In this document: piece by piece, positions 30,912 through 42,155 of the stretch
Layout of the letters: each line of letters starts with the position of its first letter
Numbering within the stretch: the stretch's first letter is position 1
Assembly (NCBI GenBank): GCA_963816395.1
Contig: CAWFKQ010000006.1
Location: 160,001-224,000 of the forward strand
Origin: an uncultured delta proteobacterium
Lineage (GTDB): Bacteria; Desulfobacterota; Desulfuromonadia; Desulfuromonadales; JACZKF01
Length of the DNA stretch: 64,000 nt
Direction of reading: 5' to 3'
Made by a program: the position numbers and the translations under genes
Notes under the pieces: generated by a model
What the model saw: only the letters and a program-made list of their open reading frames with translations
What the model was told of the DNA's origin: nothing
Database searches by the model: none

Positions 30912-32132
30912 ATGTTCAGAATAGCCATTACCGGCGTCGGTATCATCTCCTGTCTCGGCAACGACAGGGAAACGGTGACCCAGGCACTGCGCGAGGGGCG
31001 ATCCGGGATCGTCATCGATCCGGAACGTCAGGCTCTCGGCTTTCGCAGCCCGCTCACCGGCGCCATCCGCGACTTCGACCCGACCCGCCATCTGAGCAAA
31101 AAACAGCGCAAGTCGATGCCCGAGTTCGCCGTCTGGGCGCATGCCGCGGCCCTGGATGCCCTCGAACAGGCGGGACTGTCGCCGGAGGAGATCCAGAACG
31201 ACGAGAGCGGACTGCTCTTCGGCTGCGATTCGAGCTGCCTTGCGGCGGTGGAACAGGTGCAGGCCCTGCGCCAGAGCGGCGAAACCAAGTCCCTCGGCAG
31301 CGGTCTCATTTTTCGCTCGATGACCTCCACCGTCACCATGAACATCAATACCCTGCTAAAGACGCGGGGCGCCTGCTGGACCATCAGTTCCGCCTGTTCG
31401 AGCGGCGGTCATGCCATCGGCCAGGCCGCCGACCTGATCGCCCTCGGCCGGCAGGAGAGGGTGATCTGCGGCGGTGCCCAGGAATTGAACTGGGAATCGA
31501 TGTGCAGCTTCGATGGCCTGGGCGCCTTCTCGACCCGGGTGGCGGAACCCGCGGCCGCCTGCCGGCCCTTCGATGCCGACCGTGACGGGCTGGTGCCGAG
31601 CGGCGGCGCCGCCGTCGTGGTGCTGGAGCGCTACGATTTGGCCAAGGCGCGCGGCGCGGCTATCCTGGGCGAGGTGCTCGCCTATGCCTTTTCTTCCGAC
31701 GGCGACAACATTTCCGTGCCGAGTCGGGACGGTCTGCAGCGGGCGATGCGGCGGGCTCTGGCCGGCGGCCGTCTGGCCCCCGCCGACATCGATTATCTCT
31801 GCGCCCATGCCACCTCGACCCAGGCTGGCGATGCGGCGGAAGCGGCGAATATTGCCGCCTTCTTCGGACCGCAGACGCCGCCGGTCTCTTCCCTGAAATC
31901 GATGACCGGGCACGAGCTGTGGATGTCCGGCGCCTCGCAGGTCGTCTATTCGGTACTCATGGCGCGCGGCGGCTTTATTGCCGCCAATATCAATTTCCGG
32001 CAGCCGGATGCGGCCACCGCCGGTCTCAACATCATCACCGAAACGCTCGCGCGCCCCGCGGAAAACGTGCTGTGCAATGCGGCCGGTTTTGGTGGGACCA
32101 ATTCTTGCCTGCTCTTGCGATTTGCCGAATGA
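30912..32132 (+). CDS. Beta-ketoacyl-ACP synthase (FabB/F-type), KS1
   Basis: Catalytic triad SSACSS / AHATST / TGHE. Confidence 0.92.
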   Translation: MFRIAITGVGIISCLGNDRETVTQALREGRSGIVIDPERQALGFRSPLTGAIRDFDPTRHLSKKQRKSMPEFAVWAHAAALDALEQAGLSPEEIQNDESGLLFGCDSSCLAAVEQVQALRQSGETKSLGSGLIFRSMTSTVTMNINTLLKTRGACWTISSACSSGGHAIGQAADLIALGRQERVICGGAQELNWESMCSFDGLGAFSTRVAEPAAACRPFDADRDGLVPSGGAAVVVLERYDLAKARGAAILGEVLAYAFSSDGDNISVPSRDGLQRAMRRALAGGRLAPADIDYLCAHATSTQAGDAAEAANIAAFFGPQTPPVSSLKSMTGHELWMSGASQVVYSVLMARGGFIAANINFRQPDAATAGLNIITETLARPAENVLCNAAGFGGTNSCLLLRFAE

Positions 32133-33619
32133 AATTCGATTATGCAGTGATCGGCGCCGGTGTATCCGGACTGGCCACCTCCCTCATTCTGGCCGGCTCC
32201 GGCTTGCGCGTCGCCCTCATCGAAAAAGCGGAGCGGACCGCGGGGACGATCCGCGGCTTCCGGCGCCGGGGCGTGCAGATCGATACCGGATTCCATTATG
32301 CCGGCGGGTGGGGTGACGGGGAGTGCCTCGATCTGTTTTGCCGTTTTCTCGGCCTCGCCGATCGCATCGAGAAACTGCCCCTGGCGGCGGATGGCTTCGA
32401 TACGGTTCTCTGCCGGCGGCCGGCCTGCGAGTTCCGGTTTCCCTGCGGCCCCGGCCGGCTGCGCGAGCGCCTGCACGAAACCTTTCCCGGGGAACGTGCG
32501 GCGATCGACGCCTATCTGCAGGAAATGGCGCAGGTCAACGCCGCTTTTCCCTTCATCAATATCGAAGCGGACTGGGCGGGCATTGGTGCTGCCGATCCGC
32601 GGCAGGGTCCGACACTGCAGGAGGTTCTCGACCGGCTGACCGGGAACCGGCTGCTGCAGGGGCTGCTCTCGGTCCATACCCTGCTGTACGGAGTCCCGCC
32701 GCCGCAGGCCCCCTTCGCCCTGCATGCGATCGTCGCCGGCCCCTATTACCAGTCGGCGCATACCCTCCGCGGCGGCGGGCGCAGCCTGGCGGAAGCTTTC
32801 GATGCCGAGCTGGCCAGGCGGGGCGTCGCGGTGTTCTGCGGCGACGGGGCGGAGGCTCTGCTCCTGGACGGCGAAGGGCGGCCGCGCGGGGTGCGCCTCG
32901 CCGGTGGCCGCACCCTGGCCTGCGGCGGCTGCGTCTTTACCGCGCATCCCAAAATTCTCCTCGATCTGGTGCCCGAAGGATTCCTGCGGCCGGTGTACCG
33001 CAAGCGGCTGCAGGGGCTGAACGAATCCCCCTCCGCCTGCCTGCTGTTCGGCGGCACCGGGGAACTGCCGGCGCCGCTGCGCGGGGGCAATCTCTTCCTG
33101 CTGGAAGAGCCCGAAGCGGCCGGGCGTCTGGAGGGGGAGAATCCGGACGACGGACCCCTCTATGTCACCGCCGCCGGGCCGGCTGGAGAAAATTCCTCGA
33201 CGGCCGGCTTTCTGGCCATCTCGCCGGTGAGTGCGGGCGCCACTGCCGCCTGGGGAGACACCGGCGCCGGCCGCCGGCCGCCGGAATATGCCGCATTCAA
33301 GGCTGAAATGGTCCGGAAAATGCGAAACCGTCTGGCGGGCTTTTGCCCCGACCTGGTCCGCCAGATCCGCTGGCTCGAGGGGGCGACGCCTCTTACCCTG
33401 CGGGATTACGGGCACAGCCCGCATGGCAGCCTCTACGGTGTCCGGCACCAGGCGGGGCAGTTTAATCCGCATCCGCAGACCCGACTGCCGGGACTGTTTC
33501 TGGCGGGCCAGGCGGTGGCGGCGCCGGGCGTCATGGGAGCGATGATTTCCGCCTTTCTGGCCTGCGGCAGCATTGTCGGCCATGAACGGATACAGAAGGA
33601 ATTGAGAGCATGTCGTTAA
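32129..33619 (+). CDS. Phytoene desaturase / retinol saturase-like FAD oxidoreductase
   Basis: VIGAGVSG, DTGFHY, ATPLT, GLFLAGQ...PGVMGA. Confidence 0.85.
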   Translation: MKFDYAVIGAGVSGLATSLILAGSGLRVALIEKAERTAGTIRGFRRRGVQIDTGFHYAGGWGDGECLDLFCRFLGLADRIEKLPLAADGFDTVLCRRPACEFRFPCGPGRLRERLHETFPGERAAIDAYLQEMAQVNAAFPFINIEADWAGIGAADPRQGPTLQEVLDRLTGNRLLQGLLSVHTLLYGVPPPQAPFALHAIVAGPYYQSAHTLRGGGRSLAEAFDAELARRGVAVFCGDGAEALLLDGEGRPRGVRLAGGRTLACGGCVFTAHPKILLDLVPEGFLRPVYRKRLQGLNESPSACLLFGGTGELPAPLRGGNLFLLEEPEAAGRLEGENPDDGPLYVTAAGPAGENSSTAGFLAISPVSAGATAAWGDTGAGRRPPEYAAFKAEMVRKMRNRLAGFCPDLVRQIRWLEGATPLTLRDYGHSPHGSLYGVRHQAGQFNPHPQTRLPGLFLAGQAVAAPGVMGAMISAFLACGSIVGHERIQKELRACR

Positions 33620-34839
33620 AACGTGTGGTCATCACCGGCCTGGGTGCCGTCTCTCCCCTCGGCCGGGGCGTACAGGCCCTGTTCGACGGACTGCTGCAGG
33701 GGCGCAGCGGCATCCGGGTGGTCCCCTCTCTGGCGGCAGTCGGCGGGCTGCGGACGCGGGTGGGCGGCCTGGTCACGGGTGTCGATCCCAAGGAGATCCC
33801 GCGCAAGTTCCGGCGTTCCATGTCCAACATGTCCATTTTCGCCACCCTCGCCTGCCAGGAGGCACTGGTCCAGGCCGACCTGACGGTGGCGGACTGTGCC
33901 GATGGCCAGACCGGCCTCGCCATCGGCTCCACCGTCGGCAGTACGCAGGCGACTGAGGATTTCTTCGCCGATTATCTCACTGACCGCAGTCTCGAGCGGA
34001 TGAAATCGACGCTCTTTTTCCAGATCATGAATCACTCCTGCGCCGCCAATGTCGCGCAGGTTCTCGGCGTCTCCGGCCGTCTGCTCGCTCCTTCGGCCGC
34101 CTGTGCCACCGGTTGCCAGTCCATCGGTTATGGCTATGAAATGATCGCCTTCGGCAAACAGGAGCGCATGCTGTGCGGCGGCGCCGAAGAATTCCATCCC
34201 CTGACCGCCGCCACCTTCGACATCATGAATGCCTCCTCCTTCGCTTATAATGACCGGCCGCAGCAGACGCCGCGCCCCTTTGACCGCGAGCGGGACGGGG
34301 TGGTGTGCGGCGAGGGAAGCGGCATTGTGCTCCTGGAATCCCTGGATTCCGCCCGCCGGCGGGGGGCGGCCATTCTGGCGGAGGTGTGCGGTTTCGCCAC
34401 CAGCATCGATCCGACGAACATCGCCAACCCGAACGCCGGCGCCATCGCCAACTGCATGCGTCTGGCCCTGCAGGACAGCGGCCTGGAACCGTCGGCCATC
34501 GATTACGTGAACGCCCACGCCACCGCCACCGAGCAGGGGGATATCGCCGAGTCCGAGGCGATTTTCGACCTGTTCGGCGACCGCGTCCCGGTGAGCAGCT
34601 GCAAAGGGCATCTCGGCCATGCCATGGCCGCCAGCGGTTCCCTGGAACTCGTCGCCTGTGTCATGATGCTGCAGCAGGGCTGCCTGCTGCCCACCCTGAA
34701 TCTGGAGACGCCGGATCCCGCCTGCGCTCCCCTGCGCCATGTGCGCAGCGTCGAACCGGCATCTCTGCAGTGCCTGATCAAGAACAACTTCGCCCTCGGG
34801 GGCGTCAATTCATCCATCGTGGTAAGGAGTTGGGAATGA
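33610..34839 (+). CDS. Beta-ketoacyl-ACP synthase (FabF/ApeR-like), KS2
   Basis: SAACAT / NAHATAT / LGHAMA. Confidence 0.92.
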   Translation: MSLKRVVITGLGAVSPLGRGVQALFDGLLQGRSGIRVVPSLAAVGGLRTRVGGLVTGVDPKEIPRKFRRSMSNMSIFATLACQEALVQADLTVADCADGQTGLAIGSTVGSTQATEDFFADYLTDRSLERMKSTLFFQIMNHSCAANVAQVLGVSGRLLAPSAACATGCQSIGYGYEMIAFGKQERMLCGGAEEFHPLTAATFDIMNASSFAYNDRPQQTPRPFDRERDGVVCGEGSGIVLLESLDSARRRGAAILAEVCGFATSIDPTNIANPNAGAIANCMRLALQDSGLEPSAIDYVNAHATATEQGDIAESEAIFDLFGDRVPVSSCKGHLGHAMAASGSLELVACVMMLQQGCLLPTLNLETPDPACAPLRHVRSVEPASLQCLIKNNFALGGVNSSIVVRSWE

Positions 34840-35102
34840 AAGACGAAGAAATCATCGAACGGATCGATGCCGCGCTGGCGGAAGAGTTCGAGCTCGACAG
34901 GCAGGACATGATCCCCGAGGCGACCCTTTTCGACGATCTGGGACTGGACAGTCTCGACATCGTCGATCTGGTGATCGTCCTGGAGGGCGCCTTCGGCTTC
35001 AAGATCCGCGAAGAGGAGGCGATTCGGCAGATCCGCACCCTCGGCGACATCCACCGCTTCGTCATCGGCAAGAAGCCGCGCATGGGACTGAAGGCTTCGT
35101 GA
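34836..35102 (+). CDS. Acyl carrier protein 1
   Basis: DLGLDSLDIVDL phosphopantetheine site; AAGGAG RBS. Confidence 0.92.
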   Translation: MKDEEIIERIDAALAEEFELDRQDMIPEATLFDDLGLDSLDIVDLVIVLEGAFGFKIREEEAIRQIRTLGDIHRFVIGKKPRMGLKAS

Positions 35103-35897
35103 CCACTCGCGAATCGATCCTGTCCGATCCGGCGGCGGTCTTGCCGGCCGAACGCCCGGGGGCGGCGGCACTCCTGATGACCGCCGTGGTCTATCCGCTG
35201 CTGGCGCTCTGGACGGCCGTGGGGATAGGTCTCTACCCGTTGGCCTTTCTCCTCTGGAAAGTGCTGACCCGCTGGCCGGCCGGCCGCATCATGCGGCACT
35301 TTATCTGGCTCTATGGACGCGGCTGGATGCTGCTCATGGCCCCCTTCGTCCGCTTCCGCCGGGAAGGGCTGCGCGACGCCGGCATTCGCGGGCCGGCTAT
35401 TCTGGTCATCAATCATCTCTCCTTCTTCGACACCTACTGCATGGCGCTGCTCCCCTTCTTCGATGTCACCTTCGCCGTGCGCTCCTGGCCCTTCCGGATT
35501 CCCTGCTACGCCGCTTTCATGCGCCAGGCGGGCTATCTGGACGTCGAGAGCATGAGCTGGCCGGAGTGCCTGGAGGCCGGCCGCCGGGTGCTCGCCGGGG
35601 GCGGTTTCCTGCTCTTTTTCCCGGAGGGGCACCGCAGTCGCGACGGCGCCCTGCAGCGCTTCTATTCCGGCGCCTTCCGGCTGGCGCGAGGAACTCGCCT
35701 GCCCGGTGGTGCCCCTGTGCATCACCGGCACCGATCGCCTGCTGCCGCCCGGCCGGCGCTGGCTGCAGCCGGCCCGGGTACGGCTGCGCGCCCTGCCGCC
35801 CGTCGACCCGGCCGCGTTCGCCAATCACGGCGAACTGCGGCGGCAGGTCAAGGCCTTGATGGCGCAGCAGCTCGAAGCGATGCGCCGGGAGAGCTGA
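35099..35897 (+). CDS. PlsC-like (lyso)phospholipid acyltransferase; frameshift near 35690
   Basis: NHLSFFD, FPEGHRS, then VVPLCITGT in the shifted frame. Confidence 0.85.
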
Positions 35898-36067
35898 GGA
35901 GCGGCCTGGCGGAAGCGGCCGGCCGGCCGCGTGCTGGTGGCGGTCGCCCTGGACCGCTGTTTCCTGGGCGGCAACCCGGCGAACACCGGTTTGATTTCCT
36001 GCAACGCCCCGAATTATTCTCCAGCCAGCGGTTCGACGACCTGGCTGTTTACTGGAGGTAATGTCCG

Positions 36068-36523
36068 ATGGAACCGATGCTGCAGAACCTGCAGCTGCCG
36101 CAGCCGGCCGAAGGCTTCATCCCCCACCGGTTGCCGATGCGCCTCATCGATGAGCTGCTCGAATCCGCCGGCGGCACCGCGACGGTTGCCGCCACCATCG
36201 CTGACGGCCTGCTGACCGGCACAGACGGACGCCTGGCGGAGGCCGGTCTGGTGGAAATCCTGGCCCAGGCGTTCGCCGCCATGCAGGGGTATGAGGACAG
36301 CCGCCTCGGCCAGCCGATACGCCGGGGGTTTCTGGTCGGTATCCGCTCTTTCCGGGTCGCCGGCACCGCCCGCGCCGGTGACCGGCTGCGGGTGCACCTG
36401 CGCACGGTCGGCAGACTGGGCGGGTTCGCCCTGGCCGAGGGGGAGATCCGGCGCGGCGAGGAACTCCTCGCCGGCGGCACCCTCAAACTGTGGATTCCCG
36501 AAGCCGAGAAGGAGCAGGACTGA
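36068..36523 (+). CDS. Hotdog-fold 3-hydroxyacyl-ACP dehydratase (ApeP-like)
   Basis: IPHRLPMRLID, VEILAQ, GFLVGIR. Confidence 0.8.
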   Translation: MEPMLQNLQLPQPAEGFIPHRLPMRLIDELLESAGGTATVAATIADGLLTGTDGRLAEAGLVEILAQAFAAMQGYEDSRLGQPIRRGFLVGIRSFRVAGTARAGDRLRVHLRTVGRLGGFALAEGEIRRGEELLAGGTLKLWIPEAEKEQD

Positions 36524-37143
36524 TGCGCCTCTGGATCGCCCTTCTGCTCCTGCTCACCGTCGCTGCCGGCCCTGTGGCGGCGGCAGAACCCGCCCCGGCC
36601 GTCGCTCGCGTCCTCGCCCGCCTGCAGGAATTGGCGGCCGGCGTGAACACCCTGGCCAGCGACTTCGTACAGGAAAAGCATCTGGCGGTTTTCCAGGAAG
36701 TGCTGCAATCGAAAGGTCGCCTCTATTTCCAGCGGCCGGACCGGCTGCGCTGGGAGCTGACCGCGCCGGTGGCGAGCGGCTTCGTCCTCGACGGTGGCCG
36801 GGGCCGGCGCTGGAACTCCCGCAGCGGCGAGGAGGAGGACTTTCAGCTGGATCGCGAGCCGGTGATGAAGCTCGTCGCCGAGCAGCTGTTCGCCTGGGCC
36901 GGCGGCGATTTCACCCGCCTGCGCCAGCAGTATCGCATTTCGGTGCTGAATGCGGCGCCGGTGGTGCTGCGCCTGGAGCCGCTGGCCGCCGCGAGCGGCT
37001 TTCTCGACTACCTGCGGGTAGCCTTCGCCGCCGACGGCCGGCATGTCGAGGTGGTGGAGGTCCATGAAAAGGACGGCGATTTCACCCGCATCCGCTTCAT
37101 CGATACGCGCCTCAACCTGCCCCTGCCGGCGGATACCTTCTGA
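36523..37143 (+). CDS. LolA-like outer-membrane lipoprotein/lipid carrier (ApeL-like)
   Basis: Signal peptide; DFVQEK...SKG.LYFQRPDRLRWE...E.DGD.T.I.F. Confidence 0.85.
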   Translation: MRLWIALLLLLTVAAGPVAAAEPAPAVARVLARLQELAAGVNTLASDFVQEKHLAVFQEVLQSKGRLYFQRPDRLRWELTAPVASGFVLDGGRGRRWNSRSGEEEDFQLDREPVMKLVAEQLFAWAGGDFTRLRQQYRISVLNAAPVVLRLEPLAAASGFLDYLRVAFAADGRHVEVVEVHEKDGDFTRIRFIDTRLNLPLPADTF

Positions 37144-37149
37144 GTGCCG

Positions 37150-39517
37150 ATGGCGGATCTGACTTTTATCGCCCGCTGCTACCGGTTTTTCGCGCCCCGG
37201 CGGCGGCTTCTGTTCACGGTGACCGCCGCCCTGATCCTGCTCAGTGCGCTCGCTTTTCAACGGGTGCGGCTGGAAGAAAATATCGCCGCCATGCTGCCGG
37301 ACGGCCACTCGGAAGTGGCGCAGGACTTCGCCCTGCTGGAGCAGGCGCCCTTCGCCCGCAAGGTCCTGATCTCCCTGGCGCTCGCGCCGGGGGCCGATCC
37401 GGCTCTGCTGCCGGCGGCGGTCGATGGCCTGCGCACCGCCCTCGGTCCTCCTTGGTTCAACCGGACGGTGGCCGGCCCGGCCGATGTCGCCTCCGGCAAC
37501 CTCTTCGTCTGGCTGAACGCTGCCCTGCCCGATCTGCTGAGCGGCAGCGAGCTGCAGCAGTTCGCCGCCGGCCTCGATGCCGCCGCCATCGAGAAGCGCC
37601 TGCGCGACGCCTATGCCCGGCTGCTTTCCCCCGAAGGGTGGGCACTCAAGGGGCTGCTGCGGCGCGACCCGCTGGGGCTGAACCGGCTCGGCCTGGAAAA
37701 ACTGCGCTACCTGAACATGGTGCCGCAGGCGAAGCTTTCCGGCGGCCGTTTCCTCAGCGCCGACGGCAGGCATGCGCTGGTGATCGCCGATACCCCGGTG
37801 GCGATTACAGATTCACGCGGCGCGACGGAAATGCTGCAGGTCCTCGATCGGGCGCTCGCCGGCCTGCCGGCGGGGGTGCGGGCCACGGTGGTCAGCGGAC
37901 ATCGCTACACGGCGGCCAATGCCGGCGCCATCCGCCGCGACCTGGTGGTCACCCTGCTCGCCTCGACCCTGGCCATGCTGGCGCTCTTTTTCCTCTTCCT
38001 GCGCCACTGGCGGGCGCTCTTCGCCTTTCTGGTGCCGGTGGCGGTGCTCTGCATAGCGGCGGTGGCCGTGGCCCTCGGCTACGGCAAGGTATCGGCGGTC
38101 ACCGTCGGCTTCGGAGCAGTGCTGCTGGGCATTTCCGTCGATTTCGCCCTGCACGTCTACTTCGCCTTGCGCCGCGGCGGCGAGGCGCCGGCGGCGGTGC
38201 TGGCGACGGTGGCGCGTCCGGTCCTCTTCGGCGGCTTGACCACCATCGCCGCCTTTGCCGTCCTGCTCGTCTCCGATCTGCCGGGACAGCGCCAGCTGGC
38301 GGTCTTCGCCATTACCGGCCTGAGCGCTTCGCTGCTGCTGTCGCTGCTGGTGCTGCCGCACCTGATTCCCCCGGCGGCGGCGGACCGGCCGCAGCGCAAC
38401 TGGCTGCAGGTGGGGCAGCGGCTGCCGCGCCGCTGGGTGCTCGGCGTCTGGCTCGGTCTCCTGCTGCTCTGCCTGTGGCCGGCCAGCAGAGTGCGCTTCG
38501 ACGGCGACCTGCGCAGCCTGAGCCTGGTCCCCGACAATTTGCGGACGGCGGAAAAGGAGCTGCAGACGGTCTGGGGCAATCTGCGGGGGATGGCGCTGGT
38601 CTTCGCCGAGGGGCCGGACCTGGCGGGGGCGCTGGCGAACAACGACCGGCTCTTTGCCTTCCTGCGCCGCCAGCCGGCAATGGCGGCGGTCAGTCTGGCG
38701 CCGCTGCTGCCGGCGCCGGCCACCCAGGAGAAGAACCGGCGGGACTGGGCCGCTTTCTGGCAGGGTGCCGAGGGGGAGCGGATCCGCAGCGATCTCGCCG
38801 CTGCCGCGGCCCGCCTCGGTTTTGCCCCGACCGCCTTCCAGCCCTTTCTCGCGGCGACCACGGCACCGGCCGCCGCCGTCGATACGCAGGGGCTGCGCCG
38901 AGCCGGCCTCGGTGAACTGGTCGAGGCCATGATTCTGCCGGCCGGCGATGGCTATCGCATCCTCACCCTGGTCCCGGACACGCCGGCGACCATCACCCTC
39001 TTCGAGGCGCATCGGGATGAGCTGCCAGGCGTCCGCCTCGTCTCCCAGGGGCGCTTCGGCCGCGAGGTGAGCCAGGCCATCGGCCACGACTTCCGGCAGT
39101 TCCTGACTCTGGCCGCCCTGCTGGTGACCCTGCTGGTGACCCTGCTCTTCCGCCGCCCGCGGCCGATTCTGCTGGCCCTGCTGCCGGTGGCGACCGGCAT
39201 GGCGGTGATGTTCGGAGTGATGGGCGCGGCCGGACTGAAGTTCACCCTGCTCAACGTGGTCGCCACCGTGCTGCTCATCGGCCTCGGCGTCGACTACGGG
39301 ATCTTCATGGTGTGTCGGATGACCGAAGGTTACGATCATGCCACCGACCGGGCGGTCCTGGTCTCCGGACTGACGACCATCGCCGGCTTCGGCGCCCTGG
39401 TGCTCGCCCGGCATCCCGCCCTGCATTCCATCGGGGTGACCGTCCTGCTCGGCATCGGCAGCGCCATCCCCGCCGCCCTGCTGGTCATCCCGGCCTTCTA
39501 TCGGGGGAGACCGATGA
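37150..39517 (+). CDS. MMPL/RND-family lipid exporter (ApeM-like)
   Basis: Two TM repeats with GISVDFALH and GLGVDYGIF; appears fused to the next gene via a G-run at ~39503-39507. Confidence 0.85.
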
Positions 39518-40188
39518 GACGGCTCGCCATCCTGCTGGTGCTGCTGGCGGCCACCGGCTGCAGCGGCGTGCCATTCAAGCCGCCGGCGCCGGCGCCCACC
39601 CGCCGGCTGAGCGCCGGCGACCTGCTGGACGGCTTGTGGAACCGTGGCGAGCGGGTCTGGCGGATCCGGCAGTCGGCCCTCTTCGAATTCCATGGGGCGA
39701 AGGTGCCCATGGGCGGTTTTCTGCTCCTCGATGCCGGCCGGCGGGAGGCCCGCCTGGTCGGCTTGAACGATATGGGCGTGAAGCTCTTCGATCTCACCGT
39801 CACCGCCAGCGGGCAGCGGGAAAATTATCTCTTCCCCGAGCTCGCCCGGATTCCCGGGGTGAGCGGGGCAATCGCCGGCGCCGTGCGCCATATCTTCCTG
39901 GCGCCGCAGCCGCAGCCCGGCGACCGCCTGCGCATCGAGGCGACGGACTACCTGCTGACGCGGAGCAAGGGGGAGGAGGAGATCCGCTTCACCTTTGGCG
40001 GGCCCGAGCCGCTGCTGCTGGAAAAACGGGTGCAGGGCGGGGGAGAGAAGTGGGGGGTCCGCTACTTCGAATACCGGCCGGCAGCCGGCGCCATGGTGCC
40101 CGGCGGGATCGTTCTCGACGATGCCCGAGGCTATCGGCTGACCCTGTGGCTGGAGGAGGTTAAAACCAACGATGAGCATTCTCACTGA
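39514..40188 (+). CDS. Lipoprotein, DUF3261/ApeN-like
   Basis: Own RBS (GGGAGA) and lipoprotein signal MRRLAILLVLLAATGC; LVGLNDMGVKLFDL. Confidence 0.7.
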   Translation: MRRLAILLVLLAATGCSGVPFKPPAPAPTRRLSAGDLLDGLWNRGERVWRIRQSALFEFHGAKVPMGGFLLLDAGRREARLVGLNDMGVKLFDLTVTASGQRENYLFPELARIPGVSGAIAGAVRHIFLAPQPQPGDRLRIEATDYLLTRSKGEEEIRFTFGGPEPLLLEKRVQGGGEKWGVRYFEYRPAAGAMVPGGIVLDDARGYRLTLWLEEVKTNDEHSH

Positions 40189-40559
40189 GGCAATCCGGGC
40201 GGGGGCGGCCGGGGAAATCAGGGATCTCGGGAACGGCGCGGTTGCAGCGGTCTTACCGTTTCGGTGCCGAATTTCCCGGTTTTGCAGGTCATTTTCCCGG
40301 CTACCCGATTGTGCCGGCGATCGTGCAGCTGCAGGCCGCCCTCTGTCTGGCGGAGGACTGGAAGGGCGTTCCGCTGCGGCTGGCGACGGTGGAGAACGCC
40401 AAATTTTTTCTGCAGCTGCGCCCGGGGCAGGAAATCGTGGTGGAGTGCCGGGAAAGCCGGCGGGACGGCCGACCGGCCTGTGAAGTCCGCCTGCGGAGCG
40501 GTGAAGAGCTGGCCGCCTCCTTCATCCTGGTGCTGGCGGCCGCCGGGGGGGAAGGATGA
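40172..40559 (+). CDS. FabA/FabZ-like dehydratase (ApeI-like); frameshift near 40240
   Basis: FAGHFPGYPIVPAIVQL, NAKF...PG. Confidence 0.8.
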
Positions 40560-41017
40560 TCAAGCCTTATTTCCCGGCGCAGGAGGGGGCGCCGGCGCCG
40601 CTGCGGCTGCGGGTCGAGCGGCGCGTGCGTTTCGAGGAGGTCGATCCGTTGGGCATCGTCTGGCACGGCCGTTATCCCGGCTACTTCGAAGATGCCCGGG
40701 TCGCCCTGGGGGACCGCTACGGCCTCGGCTACCTGGACATGTACCGGCAGGGAGTGGTCGCTCCTGTACGCAAACTGCATCTCGACTACCACAGACCCCT
40801 GCGTTTCCAGGAAGAGTTCACCGTCGAAGGAATCCTGCACTGGTCGGAGGCGGTGCGCCTCAACCACGAATTCATCATCCGCAATGCCGCCGGGGAGGTG
40901 GCGACCACCGGCTATTCGGTGCAGATGCTCATCGATCGCGAGGAGAATGTCCTGCTGCTGCCGCCGCCGTTTTTCGCCGAGTTCCGGCAGCGCTGGCGGG
41001 AAGGGAGGTTGCCGTGA
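40556..41017 (+). CDS. Acyl-CoA/ACP thioesterase (YbgC/ApeK-like hotdog)
   Basis: VRFEEVDPLGIVWHGRYPGYFEDAR. Confidence 0.9.
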   Translation: MIKPYFPAQEGAPAPLRLRVERRVRFEEVDPLGIVWHGRYPGYFEDARVALGDRYGLGYLDMYRQGVVAPVRKLHLDYHRPLRFQEEFTVEGILHWSEAVRLNHEFIIRNAAGEVATTGYSVQMLIDREENVLLLPPPFFAEFRQRWREGRLP

Positions 41018-42155
41018 GCGGCGCCTGGATTGTGCAGACGGCGGCGGTCACCGCCCTCGGCGACAGCCTGGAGGCCACCTGGCGGCGGCTGCTGGCCGGC
41101 GAGTCGGGCATCCGCCCGGTGCGCCGCTTCGCCACCGAGGGGTATGTTTCCGGTCTGGCCGCCACTATCGGCGACCTGGGGGAGGAAGACGGCGGCTCCC
41201 GGGTTTACCCCCTGCTCGACCGGCTCCTCGCCGGATTTCGCCGCGGTCCCCGCCGACGCCGTTCCCCTGACCGCGACCACCAAGTGGGGGATCGACAGCC
41301 TGGAGCGGCAGCGGCAGGGGAAACCGGCGCCGATCGCCGACCTGCTGCCGGGCGAGCTGCCGCGGGCGGTCGGCCGCCGCTTCGGTCTGCGCCGCGCCGG
41401 GGCTGAACATCAATGCCGCCTGCGCCTCCTCCACCATCGCCCTGGCGCGCGGGGCGGCGATGATCGCCGCCGGGGCGGCCGAAGCGGTGCTGGTCTGCTG
41501 CCTCGACCTGGTCTCCGAGTTCGTCTTCTCCGGCTTCTCCGCCCTGAAGGGGCTCTCCCCCGCGCCCTGCCTTCCCTTCGACCGGCGCCGCGCCGGCCTG
41601 ACCCTGGGGGAGGGGGCCGCCGCCCTGCTGCTGATGGCGCCCGCCCGCGCGCGGCGCGAAGGGCGGCAGGCGCTGGGCGTCATCCGCGGCTGGGGGGTGG
41701 CCGGCGATGCCCATCACATCACCGCCCCGGCCCGCGACGGCTGCGGCCTGATCCAGGCCGTGCGGGCGGCGCTGCACCGGGCGGATATGGCGCCGTCGGC
41801 GGTGGCGGCGGTGAGCGCCCACGGTACCGGCACAGTCTACAACGACCTGATGGAGCTCACCGCCTTCGGCGAGGTCTTCGGCCGCCGGCTGCCGATCCAT
41901 TCGGTCAAGGGCGCCCTCGGTCATACCCTGGGGGCGGCCGGGGGGATCGAGACGGCGCTGGCGCTGCAGAGCCTCGCCGCCGGGGTCATTCCCCCCACCT
42001 GCGGCTGCGACGAGCCGGAGCCGCAGGGGGAGGGACAGGTCAGCAGCCGCGCAATTCCCCTGCCTGGAGAATGTCTGTTGACCACCAATTCCGGCTTCGG
42101 CGGCATCAATGCCGCCCTGCTGCTGGAGAAAGGGGAGGGGCGCCATGCGGGCTGA
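41014..42155 (+). CDS. Beta-ketoacyl synthase KS3; two frameshifts
   Basis: NAACASS / SAHGTGT / LGHTLGAAG across frames. Confidence 0.85.

Noticed and set aside
37144..40188. Apparent 1014-aa MMPL-lipoprotein fusion
   Set aside because: Removing one G from the run at ~39503-39507 gives an ATGA stop/start overlap like the rest of the operon; the second half has its own RBS and lipoprotein signal
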